Below, one piece after another: positions 6,931 through 15,607 of a stretch of DNA of 17,305 nt (the stretch's first letter is position 1; the number at the start of each line of letters is the position of its first letter). The notes beneath the pieces were generated by a model. That model made no database searches. It saw nothing but the letters and a program-made list of their open reading frames with translations, and was not told the DNA's origin. Position numbers and translations under genes: made by a program. This DNA is from Chloroflexota bacterium. Lineage in GTDB: Bacteria > Chloroflexota > Dehalococcoidia > Lucifugimonadales > JADFKI01. The stretch covers positions 1 to 17,305 of the forward strand of contig JAQBUT010000042.1 of the NCBI GenBank assembly GCA_027623195.1, written 5' to 3'.

Positions 6931-8952
6931 ATGACTACTTACAGATACTCCCGATGGGACGGTAGCCAGAACATCTTCGGACTTGACGAAGATGACATTA
7001 TGGACAGTTTGGCAGACGACATTCTCTCTAATGGAGACCTTAATAGGGCGTTGCGTAATCTGATGCAACGCGGCATGCAGGACGAGAACGGTCAGCAGAT
7101 GCCCGGCCTACGCGACCTGCAGGAACGGCTCCGTCAGCAGCGACAGCAACAGCTTGAGCGCTACAACCTCGACTCTCTTATGGACGACCTCAAGGAAAAG
7201 CTGAAAGAGGTCATCGATACGGAGCGCAGTGGCATAGACAAAAGGCTGCAAGAGGCTCGGCAACAGCTTGAGGATGCTGGCGAGGGCAGTGAGCACCTGC
7301 AGGGCGCCATGCAGATGCTGGAAGATCGGGCGGAGGCCAACCAGGAGAAACTAGAAAGTCTTCCCGATGGCATGGGAGGCCAGATACAGGAGCTTCAGAA
7401 CTACGATTTCATGGACCCGGAGGCTCGACAGAAGTTCGAAGAGTTGCTGGACATGCTCAAGCAGCAGATGATGCAGAACTTCTTCCAGGGCATGAAGGAT
7501 CAGCTCCAGGACATGAGTCCAGAGGACATGGAAGGCCTGAAGAACATGATTCAGGCCCTCAATCAGATGCTGCGGGACCGGGCCATGGGCGAGGACCCTG
7601 ACTTCGAAGGGTTTATGGAGCAGTACGGGCAGTACTTCGACCCTAATCGCCCCGCCAGCCTCGACGAACTGTTGGAACAGCTTCAGCAGCAGATGGCGGC
7701 CATGCAATCACTCATGGAGAGCATGTCGCCCCAGATGCGAGACGAGTTAGAAGGCCTAATGCAGTCGGCTATAGATCCAGAGTTCATGAACGAACTGGGC
7801 GAGTTGGCGGGCATGATGTACGACATGTTCCCGTTCGACGACATGGCCAAGGAATATCCCTTCATGGGCGACGAGTCGATGACTCTGGACCAGGCGATGG
7901 ACGTTATGGGCCAGTTGCAGGGCATGGACCAGTTGGAAGAGCAGATTAAGCAGGTCATGCGCAACGGCAACGTGGAGGACCTGGACCCAGAGAAGGTGGA
8001 GGAGCACCTGGGAGAAGAAGCTCGCCGCCAGCTGGAACAGCTTCAGAAGGTGATCCAACAACTGGAGGATGCCGGCTACCTGAAGCGCAAGGGAGACCGG
8101 CTGGAGTTGACTCCCAGGGGCATTCGCAAGCTGGCGCAGAAGGCCCTCAAAGAGGTTTTCTCTGAGCTTAAGAAGGATAGAATGGGACGGCACGAGGTCT
8201 ACGATCGCGGCGAAGGCGGCGAGAGGACCGGCGAGACCAAGCCTTACGAGTTTGGAGACCCCTTCGATGTGGATTTGCACCGGACGCTGTTTAACGCGGT
8301 GCTACGCGAAGGGCCGAAGACGCCGCTAAGTCTAAGCCCTGACGACTTCGAGATTAATCGCACCGAGCACATGACTCAAACGGCCACGGTGCTGTTGCTG
8401 GACCAGAGCCGATCTATGGGCATGTTCGGCAGCTTCTCAGCCGCCAAAAAGGTAGCCTTGGCGCTGTACTGGCTAATTCACAGCGAGTACCCTCGGGACT
8501 ACTTCAATGTGATTGGCTTCTCTGACTACGGCATGGAGATAAAGACGGACGACCTTGCGGAGCTTACGTGGAATGCCTGGGTTTCCGGCACCAACATGCA
8601 GCACGGCCTGCTACTGGCCCGTAAGGCTTTGGCACGGCAAAAGGTCGCAACCAAGCAAATAATCATGATCACCGACGGGGAGCCAACCGCTCACCTGGAG
8701 GGTGGCCGCGCTCACTTTAGCTATCCGCCAAGTTGGCGCACTTTGGATGAGACTCTCAAAGAGGTGAAACGGTGCACGCAGGAAGGAATAACCATCAACA
8801 CCTTCATGCTTGAAGCTAACTATTACCTCGTTGACTTCATCGACAAGATGACGCGCATCAACAAGGGCAGGGCCTTCTATACCGACCCATCACAGCTTGG
8901 GCGGTATGTCATGGTGGACTACCTGAAGAGCAGGCGCAAACGAATTTCCTAG
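6931..8952 (+). CDS. VWA (MIDAS) domain protein with long Met/Gln/Glu-rich helical N-terminal region; Rv0959/COG4867-like
   Basis: N-terminal YRYSRWDG; LELTPRGIR.L...AL.EVF; ETKPYEFGDPF; complete MIDAS DQSRS...GTN...ITDGEPTAH; 673 aa. Confidence 0.88.
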   Translation: MTTYRYSRWDGSQNIFGLDEDDIMDSLADDILSNGDLNRALRNLMQRGMQDENGQQMPGLRDLQERLRQQRQQQLERYNLDSLMDDLKEKLKEVIDTERSGIDKRLQEARQQLEDAGEGSEHLQGAMQMLEDRAEANQEKLESLPDGMGGQIQELQNYDFMDPEARQKFEELLDMLKQQMMQNFFQGMKDQLQDMSPEDMEGLKNMIQALNQMLRDRAMGEDPDFEGFMEQYGQYFDPNRPASLDELLEQLQQQMAAMQSLMESMSPQMRDELEGLMQSAIDPEFMNELGELAGMMYDMFPFDDMAKEYPFMGDESMTLDQAMDVMGQLQGMDQLEEQIKQVMRNGNVEDLDPEKVEEHLGEEARRQLEQLQKVIQQLEDAGYLKRKGDRLELTPRGIRKLAQKALKEVFSELKKDRMGRHEVYDRGEGGERTGETKPYEFGDPFDVDLHRTLFNAVLREGPKTPLSLSPDDFEINRTEHMTQTATVLLLDQSRSMGMFGSFSAAKKVALALYWLIHSEYPRDYFNVIGFSDYGMEIKTDDLAELTWNAWVSGTNMQHGLLLARKALARQKVATKQIIMITDGEPTAHLEGGRAHFSYPPSWRTLDETLKEVKRCTQEGITINTFMLEANYYLVDFIDKMTRINKGRAFYTDPSQLGRYVMVDYLKSRRKRIS

Positions 8953-9019
8953 TAATGTTTATAAAGTCGCCAAGGTGTTTATATAGGTTTCATCCCCATT
9001 AACAAACGCCGAGGACTTA

Positions 9020-9538
9020 ATGCGTCGTTTTGCACCGCTCCTAGTCCTTTTGGCGATTGTGGTCACATTTATCGAGACGGCTTTCCTTCATGAGCTCTCC
9101 CATTTGGGCCTTGCCCACCTCCTTGGCATACCTGTTGTTCATTTTTACTGGATTGATCCTGTATTAAAGGTTCCCAGCGTATACTTCGACGTGGATGGCT
9201 GGTCGTGGCGGCTTTCTATGACACAGTTTGGCGGTGGTATCATCGCCGGAACCGTTTGGGGCGTTTTGCATGGACAGCTTCTGCGAAAAGGCTACTTGGA
9301 CCGCAGCGGCGCTTGGTGGGCCTTCGGCGCTTGGCTGGCCATTCTCACAGTGTGGCAGTTTGGGCAGGGACTTATAGAGGGTGCCCTGCACGGCATGTAC
9401 ATTGATGGCGCGAGGGAACTCGGCAGCGCCAGCCGCATGATGCAGATCGCGTTCATGACCATGGGTTTCCTGCTCCACGTCACCGCGACCAGAGCTAGTC
9501 TGCCGGGCCTACGACGTAGAGCCCTAAGTTCTGATTAA
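9020..9538 (+). CDS. Multi-pass membrane protein with HExxH motif (M50-like metallopeptidase candidate)
   Basis: SD GAGG upstream; FLHELSH at the end of the first hydrophobic helix followed by A.LLG; about four hydrophobic segments. Third zinc ligand not clearly identifiable. Confidence 0.6.
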   Translation: MRRFAPLLVLLAIVVTFIETAFLHELSHLGLAHLLGIPVVHFYWIDPVLKVPSVYFDVDGWSWRLSMTQFGGGIIAGTVWGVLHGQLLRKGYLDRSGAWWAFGAWLAILTVWQFGQGLIEGALHGMYIDGARELGSASRMMQIAFMTMGFLLHVTATRASLPGLRRRALSSD

Positions 9539-9574
9539 TTCTTTACCTATTGTGCTGGCTGCCACGCTCCGCTC

Positions 9575-9585
9575 TGCTAAAATAC
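9575..9585 (+). promoter_or_regulatory. Extended -10 promoter giving a near-leaderless transcript of the ATPase gene
   Basis: TGCTAAAATAC; the -10 hexamer ends at 9583, the ATG is at 9593, and there is no SD between them. Confidence 0.6.
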
Positions 9586-9592
9586 GCCCATT

Positions 9593-10396
9593 ATGACAAT
9601 CGACTTAAATACGCCAAACTGGTGGGGTGGAGAAGACCGAGCATCCGGGCGACCTTCCCTCCTGGCCCTGATCGAGAATGGCACGCTGGATCTTCGTACC
9701 GCGGCGCTGCTCTGGTTGCTGTTGGACCGCAAATCTTCTATTCTTGCCGCCGCTGGGCCTCAACTCACTGGCAAAACCACCCTGCTAACTACCCTTCTGG
9801 ACCTCATGTCACCCGCCTATCAGAAGATATTGGCCAGGGGCAGGGAGGAGGAATTTTCCTTTCTCGGGAGTGCTGTGCCGGAAGAGACCTACCTTCTCGT
9901 CGCGGAGTTGAGTGACCACACCCCTGCCTACCTTTGGGGCGATGCCGTCAAGACGCTTTTCCATGCCCTGGACTCAGGCTATTCCATGCTGGCCACTATG
10001 CACGCGGATACGCCGGAAGAGGTGCTGGACATACTTCGAGATTACCCCGTCTTTATCCCTGACACCCAGCTTCATCAGGTTGGCGTGGTGGTTAATCTGG
10101 TGCTTATGTATGGCGAGCACGAACTCATTCGTCGGGTGAGCGGTGTGACGCTGGTAGCGCCGGGCCCGTCCCTGGTGCCGTTGGTGGACTGGGACGCTAA
10201 GGATGAATCCATCAGTCACGCTACCGACTCTAAGGCCATGGGCGCACTGGCGAAGCACCTGGGTATGACGGTTCAGGAGGCACGGACCGGCATAGAACAG
10301 CGCGAGGATACGTTGCGGGGCTGGCTGTCACGAGGCGACCTTGCGCCGTCGGCAGCTGTTCGAATGGCTGAGGCACATCGCAGTGCCAACGCTTAA
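9593..10396 (+). CDS. P-loop ATPase, C-terminal domain of the VirB11/TadA(CpaF)/FlaI secretion-ATPase type, lacking the N-terminal domain
   Basis: LIENGTLD...AALLW lead-in, Walker A GPQLTGKTT, Walker-B-like YLLVAE, His-box ATMHA; only 267 aa. Confidence 0.8.
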   Translation: MTIDLNTPNWWGGEDRASGRPSLLALIENGTLDLRTAALLWLLLDRKSSILAAAGPQLTGKTTLLTTLLDLMSPAYQKILARGREEEFSFLGSAVPEETYLLVAELSDHTPAYLWGDAVKTLFHALDSGYSMLATMHADTPEEVLDILRDYPVFIPDTQLHQVGVVVNLVLMYGEHELIRRVSGVTLVAPGPSLVPLVDWDAKDESISHATDSKAMGALAKHLGMTVQEARTGIEQREDTLRGWLSRGDLAPSAAVRMAEAHRSANA

Positions 10397-10636
10397 CGAT
10401 GGCCACAACCTCCAATCCTTCGGTTAAATCCTAAGACGTACCATATATAAATAGTCTTTTTGAACCTACCCTTTCCTACTGACATACGACACAATCAAGG
10501 TATACGAGCGCGAAATCATTATTCGTGCGGATATTGATTAGACCGTTCGGCCTGTGGGTCCATATGGCAATTGGCGATGTACGCCTCATAACAGACTGAC
10601 GCGAAGCCGTCAGGACTTGGATGGGTAGGAGATGTC

Positions 10637-11203
10637 ATGACAAGATTATGGCTGATAGGCGGAAGCGTTTTCCTGGGGATATTGTTGATAGCCAGCTTGG
10701 TTTTGGCACTGACCCAGAAGGAGAACCTGCTTCCACTGGGTACAGCGGAGGCCGCAGTACAAAATTTCCTCATAGCCTCCGAGGCTGAGGACTTTCAGGT
10801 TGCCTACGATTTCCTTTCCGAAGAGCTAAAGGCGGACTGCAAATTGGAGGATTTCGCCGGGCAGCATAGATTTGACGGCGGCCAAGTTGAGGACTCCAGC
10901 GTGACTTTGGATAAAACCAGTACGGCGGACGGAGTAACCTTTGTTGACGTACGGATAACCCAATTTTACGGCACCAGTCCATTTGGTTCTTCAGAATCAA
11001 CGCAACAGCAGAGGTACAGTCTTCGGCAGGAGGATGGGTTGTGGAAGTTCTCCGTCTACCCGTGGCCGTATTACAATTGCGGACAGGACAGGTTTGCGCC
11101 TCCCTATTATGAGGTGCCTGCGCTACGGCCCACCCCCGCAGCGACGCCAGCGCCATTGATGGCGCCTACGGCCGAGCCGCCAGCGAAACCAGCCGCGCCC
11201 TAA
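10637..11203 (+). CDS. Single-pass membrane protein with extracytoplasmic NTF2-like domain and Pro/Ala-rich tail
   Basis: SD AGGAG; N-terminal TM; TAEAAVQNFL.A....DF..AYDFLS and L.QEDG.WK patterns typical of NTF2-like/DUF4878-type domains; two Cys. Confidence 0.75.
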   Translation: MTRLWLIGGSVFLGILLIASLVLALTQKENLLPLGTAEAAVQNFLIASEAEDFQVAYDFLSEELKADCKLEDFAGQHRFDGGQVEDSSVTLDKTSTADGVTFVDVRITQFYGTSPFGSSESTQQQRYSLRQEDGLWKFSVYPWPYYNCGQDRFAPPYYEVPALRPTPAATPAPLMAPTAEPPAKPAAP

Positions 11204-11279
11204 ACACGGATGTGGCTAGACGATAGGCTGGTCCAGGGCTGGCGAATGTCCATTGTCATCGTGGTGGCAAGGAATTGAG

Positions 11280-13094
11280 ATGAATATGTTATTTTTCCTA
11301 GCAGGGTTTCTACCCTACCTGGTTGTGCTGATCGTCATCGGGGTTCTTATATATGGCGTAATGGCTTGGCGCAGGAGAGAAAATGTCCCCGAGGTCGACC
11401 CTGGCATAGGCACGGTTCGCCGGGTCTACTTCTACATTGTGGCCTTCGCCGCTCTGATGATGACGGCCAACGGCGTTGTCTTGCTGGTCCGGTATGTGTT
11501 GGACGGCCTCTTTGGAGGTCCGGTTGTATCCTCATCAAGTGGCTGGCTAGCTGGCGGTGTCTCGTTAACGGTGGTCGGGCTTCCGTTGTGGGCCTTTCAC
11601 TGGCGACTGATTCAGCGTTACTTAGGCGAACTGCCTGTAGAAAGCCGTTCGCTGCTTCGCAAGCTGTACATCTACCTGGTTATGGTGGTTAGCGGTGGTC
11701 TGGTCATAGTATCCGCCGTGCAATTGCTTCGATGGGCGTTTGGAACCATTGATTTTAGCGCTTATCACTGGGGCGCAATTGTCATTTGGGGAGCCGTTTG
11801 GGCCTTCCATTGGCGTATCGAGGAGGCTGAAGGACAGCCAACGTCGGACGCCGTGGGCGTCAGGCGCCTGTACTTGTACGCGGCATCGTTGGCCACTCTT
11901 GTAATGCTTTCCTTCGGAATAGGCAGGGTTGCCTACCTGATACTACTGGGGGGCTACGAGGCTCTGACATTCGCCTCTGTGCTTCTCACCCAAGATGCTG
12001 GCCTGTGGCGTCCTGCTTTGAGGGGGGCTCTGGCCATCGGTATAGTTGGCGGGCTATTTTGGGGACTGCACTGGTTTTACCTTGCCCGACGAGATTTCGG
12101 GTCCGCATTGCGGCAGGTGTACCTGTACCTATTTGCAATTCTAGGAGGCGTGGTAACTATCCTGACGGCGTTGGCCGTCGCCCTGAGCGGAGTACTTGTT
12201 TGGCTGCTGGGAGCGGCAGACGACCCTGCAGCAATGCATTTTCGCTTTCTGCCGGGCGTGATCGCGTCGCTGGCAGTTGGCGTCGGCCTTTGGGCCTACC
12301 ACTGGATGGTCGTGCAAAAAGAGGCCCAGGTCTCCCCGCAGGAGGCCAAAGATGCTCGACGTGCGTACGTGTATATCGTGTCGGGCATTGGGCTAGCGGC
12401 GATGGCCATTGGCGTCTTCATTCTGGTGGGCACGGCGCTGGATCTTATACTGGACAGCGTAACCCAGGTAATCGCCGGTCGGGAGAGTCTGAGGCTGCAG
12501 CCCCTGGCGGGGAGCATCACGCTGCTGGCCCTGGGCGCTCCTCTGTGGGGTTACTTCTGGGTGTTTGCCCAGCGGATGGTAAGAGACGGCGGTACTGAGG
12601 AGACGCACACTCTTGCTCGCAGAATATTCGTCTTTGCAGCATTGGGTGCTGGCGTACTTTCGCTTCTAGGTAGCGTAAGTACGACGCTGTTCCTGTTTCT
12701 GCGGGACCTGCTTGAGGGCCGTCTGAGCACAGGGACGATTCATGAATTAACCGTACCAATTGCAATTATTGTCACCGCAATTATATTCGTGCCGTACTAC
12801 TGGAACGTCTACCGGCAGGATAGGGATGCCGGCCCCCAGAATGCAAAGGCGCGGCCAGTGCGCAAGGATGTGACGGTGCTTACGGCGACTGGTGGAGACG
12901 AGCTTGTGGTGCGGCTGGAGGCTGCCCTGGGCTACCGGGTCACCACCGCCCGATGGGCCGACGCCGACGCCGCTCCAACGTCCCTATCTGACGACGAGTG
13001 CCGTCAGGTCGCGTCCCGAGTGGACGCCGCTCCGGGCCGTCGCGTAATGGTAATCCCAGACCGCGCAGGCCTGAGAGTGGTGTCGTATCGGTAG
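11280..13094 (+). CDS. Polytopic membrane protein with six DUF5671-like repeats and a small soluble C-terminal domain, 604 aa
   Basis: Repeats start RRVYFY, RKLYIY, RRLYLY, RQVYLY, RRAYVY, RRIFVF and end with W..HW-like motifs; ATG 11280 preferred over TTG 11253 (AAGGA at 11269-11273). Confidence 0.82.
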   Translation: MNMLFFLAGFLPYLVVLIVIGVLIYGVMAWRRRENVPEVDPGIGTVRRVYFYIVAFAALMMTANGVVLLVRYVLDGLFGGPVVSSSSGWLAGGVSLTVVGLPLWAFHWRLIQRYLGELPVESRSLLRKLYIYLVMVVSGGLVIVSAVQLLRWAFGTIDFSAYHWGAIVIWGAVWAFHWRIEEAEGQPTSDAVGVRRLYLYAASLATLVMLSFGIGRVAYLILLGGYEALTFASVLLTQDAGLWRPALRGALAIGIVGGLFWGLHWFYLARRDFGSALRQVYLYLFAILGGVVTILTALAVALSGVLVWLLGAADDPAAMHFRFLPGVIASLAVGVGLWAYHWMVVQKEAQVSPQEAKDARRAYVYIVSGIGLAAMAIGVFILVGTALDLILDSVTQVIAGRESLRLQPLAGSITLLALGAPLWGYFWVFAQRMVRDGGTEETHTLARRIFVFAALGAGVLSLLGSVSTTLFLFLRDLLEGRLSTGTIHELTVPIAIIVTAIIFVPYYWNVYRQDRDAGPQNAKARPVRKDVTVLTATGGDELVVRLEAALGYRVTTARWADADAAPTSLSDDECRQVASRVDAAPGRRVMVIPDRAGLRVVSYR

Positions 13095-13097
13095 AGG

Positions 13098-14210
13098 CTA
13101 CCCAAACCGCTCCAGGCCGAAGCTGCCTACGGACAGGTCTGTTTTGCCCTGGGTGATGAGGTCTGACGTGGCCTTGCCCATGCCGGGGCTGATGAGGATG
13201 CCCTTCTTGCCCGCTCCTGTTGCAAGGTAGGCGTTGTCCCAGCCCGGCGTTGCGCCTACGATGGGAAGCCAGTCCGACGTCACGGGCCGCAGGCAAGCCG
13301 TGTGCTTGACGATGCGCGCATTGGCCAGGGATGGCATGATCTTGAACGCCCCGTCCAGCAGCTTCTTTTTGGCGGCCTCCGTAGGCTCATTGTCAAAGCC
13401 TTCGTCAGCCTCGGTTGCACCCACCCAGATAAGTCCATCAGCTCGCATGTAAAGCGATGAGCCCGCCCCGGAGAAATCCTGCTCCAGGGGGGCTCCCACA
13501 GGCTCTACGCGCACTATCTCGCCTTTTAGAGGCTGCACTGGTATCTTCACCCCCAGCCACTCCTCTGCGCCGCCGGACCAAGGGCCCGTGGCAATGACTA
13601 CGGATTCGCAGTCGATCTCACCTTCTTCCAGAATAACGCCTGTAACTCTGCTGCCCGAGGTCTTCAGTCCCATAGCAGCCTTGGCGATTACGCTGGCTCC
13701 CATGCCCTCTGCCGCCTTGCACAGGGCCATGGTGTAGTCGTACCCGGTCAGGCTGGCGTTGCCGTGGGTGTAGAGTCCCTTAATGGCGGCGGGGTTCAGG
13801 CGGGGTTCCAGGTCCAGCAGGTCGCTGGTCTCCATCCAGTGGGCGGAGAAGCCATCAGCTGCTTCGAATATTGCCAGCGTCTCAGCCATGTCATGCAGTT
13901 CGGCCCCATCGAAGGCCACGTCGATCATGGTAAGGGTCTTGAAGTGGATCGGGATCCCGGACTCCTGCGGCAAACGCTCAGCAAGGTCCTGGTGCATCTT
14001 GAACGACTCTGAGGCCAAGGCGGCAAGTGGACCGGGAATACCTGCGCCTTGTAAAGGGTTTAGGCCACCGGCGTTAAATCCGGACGCCTGGCTGCCGATG
14101 CCCTCGCGCTCGATTATTGTCGCCTTCACCCCGGCCTTAGCAAGGTAATAAGCGGTGGCGCACCCTGCAGCTCCTCCTCCGATGATCGCGACTTCCGTTG
14201 TGCTGGCCAT
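13098..14210 (-). CDS. FAD-dependent oxidoreductase, glycine oxidase (ThiO)/D-amino-acid oxidase family
   Basis: IIGGGAAG Rossmann motif, ASGFNAG, VVIATGPWS, P.KGE, LRP...D.LP.VG, ATG....GI..SP; SD AAGGAG. No adjacent thiS/thiG, so no symbol assigned. Confidence 0.92.
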   Translation of the reverse strand: MASTTEVAIIGGGAAGCATAYYLAKAGVKATIIEREGIGSQASGFNAGGLNPLQGAGIPGPLAALASESFKMHQDLAERLPQESGIPIHFKTLTMIDVAFDGAELHDMAETLAIFEAADGFSAHWMETSDLLDLEPRLNPAAIKGLYTHGNASLTGYDYTMALCKAAEGMGASVIAKAAMGLKTSGSRVTGVILEEGEIDCESVVIATGPWSGGAEEWLGVKIPVQPLKGEIVRVEPVGAPLEQDFSGAGSSLYMRADGLIWVGATEADEGFDNEPTEAAKKKLLDGAFKIMPSLANARIVKHTACLRPVTSDWLPIVGATPGWDNAYLATGAGKKGILISPGMGKATSDLITQGKTDLSVGSFGLERFG

Positions 14211-14267
14211 TGGACTTTCTCCTTAGATAGGCTTTCCGTAAGTATAGCGAAGGGTTTGTATTAGCGT

Positions 14268-15587
14268 TTACTCTCCGTCGAATCCCTCGGTTAGCGCACG
14301 GCCTGGCAACGTAGGGGGCCTGGCTGCGACCATGCAGACCAACGCGCCGAGGTACGCTACTACGCCGTAGAGGAACAGCCATTTGTAATCGCTGGTGTAG
14401 GCGAAAATAAGAGCTCCGAGAGTGGGGCCAAGCCCTAGCGCCCCCGTCTGAAACGGTCCCACCAGTCCAGTTATTGATCCAAAAGAGGTCCTGCCGAAAT
14501 ACTGAGCGATCATCATGTTGCCCAGGATGTTCAGGCCACCTGCTACTGTGCCGTAGAGCACCACAGCACCGAAAGTGAGAGCGCCATTGGGCAATAAGAG
14601 GAGCAGGGCTACGGCCAAGCTGGTTAGCGACAGCAGTCCCAGCACCATGTGTCGGGGAGAGAATCGGTCGGACATATGCCCCCAGACTGGATTCGCCAGC
14701 GAGCCTAACAGCGAGCTCAAACTCAGTCCGGCCGCCGCCACTGCCACGGACGAGCCTGAGTCTCTCAAATAAGGAACGATCTGAAAGTTGATCATGCCGG
14801 ACGTCATCGTAACCAGCGACTCCGCAATGACTATTAGCCAGAAGGCCCAGGTCAGGGCAGCCTCTCCAGCCGTCCAACTGAACTCAGGTTTATACCCTTG
14901 TGGACGCGTAGTTGGCTGGCCTGATGTCTGGTTTGCTTCAGATTGAGGCGGGTCGCCGTCAGGCTCCAACCCGATGTCCGAGGGCCTTCTCCGCATTACG
15001 ATTAATAGCGGCAGCACGATGGCCAGAGCGACCAGTCCGTGAATCCGGTACGCAGTCCGCCAACTATAGGCGTTTGCGATGAGCGAGAAGACCTGGATGT
15101 TGATAGAGCCGCCAAAGGGGCGGGCCATGGCGCTGAATCCCAGGGCTAGATTGCGCTTGCGCCGAAAGAAGTTGACGGCGGCCGTCCGAGGCACTACGCC
15201 GACCAGTATAGGGTTGGGTATGGCCCTGGCGATGATGTACGCGGCGTAGAATTGCCATACGGACTGGACTCCGCCTAACACGAGGAACGCCACGCCGCCT
15301 ATGAGTGCCGCCGCCGGCATGAGGCCGCGGGGTCCGTACTTATCGGCCATCCTGCCGATGAACGGCGTTAGAAAACCGGAGGTCCAGGTTCCGGCCGTCA
15401 CGGCATAGGCTATGGTACTGCGGTCCCAACCCATGTCCTCGAATATGAAGTTCTGGATTCCGCCCAGCACAAGCTGTGCAGAGCCGGATGCAGCGTACGT
15501 TCCCAGCGCGGACATCCCCAGTATTAGCCAGCCGTAATAAAAGGGGGTTTTGGGTCGCCAGTCCGCTATGGTCTTAAATAGTGTCAC
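14268..15587 (-). CDS. MFS transporter (OFA/monocarboxylate-like)
   Basis: FYYGW N-terminus, motif A GRMADKYGPR and its repeat GHMSDRFSPR, about 12 hydrophobic segments with a central loop; GTG start. Confidence 0.93.
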   Translation of the reverse strand: MTLFKTIADWRPKTPFYYGWLILGMSALGTYAASGSAQLVLGGIQNFIFEDMGWDRSTIAYAVTAGTWTSGFLTPFIGRMADKYGPRGLMPAAALIGGVAFLVLGGVQSVWQFYAAYIIARAIPNPILVGVVPRTAAVNFFRRKRNLALGFSAMARPFGGSINIQVFSLIANAYSWRTAYRIHGLVALAIVLPLLIVMRRRPSDIGLEPDGDPPQSEANQTSGQPTTRPQGYKPEFSWTAGEAALTWAFWLIVIAESLVTMTSGMINFQIVPYLRDSGSSVAVAAAGLSLSSLLGSLANPVWGHMSDRFSPRHMVLGLLSLTSLAVALLLLLPNGALTFGAVVLYGTVAGGLNILGNMMIAQYFGRTSFGSITGLVGPFQTGALGLGPTLGALIFAYTSDYKWLFLYGVVAYLGALVCMVAARPPTLPGRALTEGFDGE

Positions 15588-15607
15588 TAATTGTTATCAA
15601 ATCAGCT

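Noticed and set aside
10560..10636. GACGCGAAGCC resembling the GACGCAAAGCC core of c-di-GMP-I (GEMM) riboswitches
   Set aside because: No upstream GNRA-capped stem or recognisable receptor/P1 pairing; only a 6-bp hairpin CTGACG/CGTCAG is present.
13098..14210. Calling the oxidoreductase thiO with a thiamine operon
   Set aside because: No thiS/thiG or TPP riboswitch nearby; the family has many paralogues, so the substrate is unassigned.
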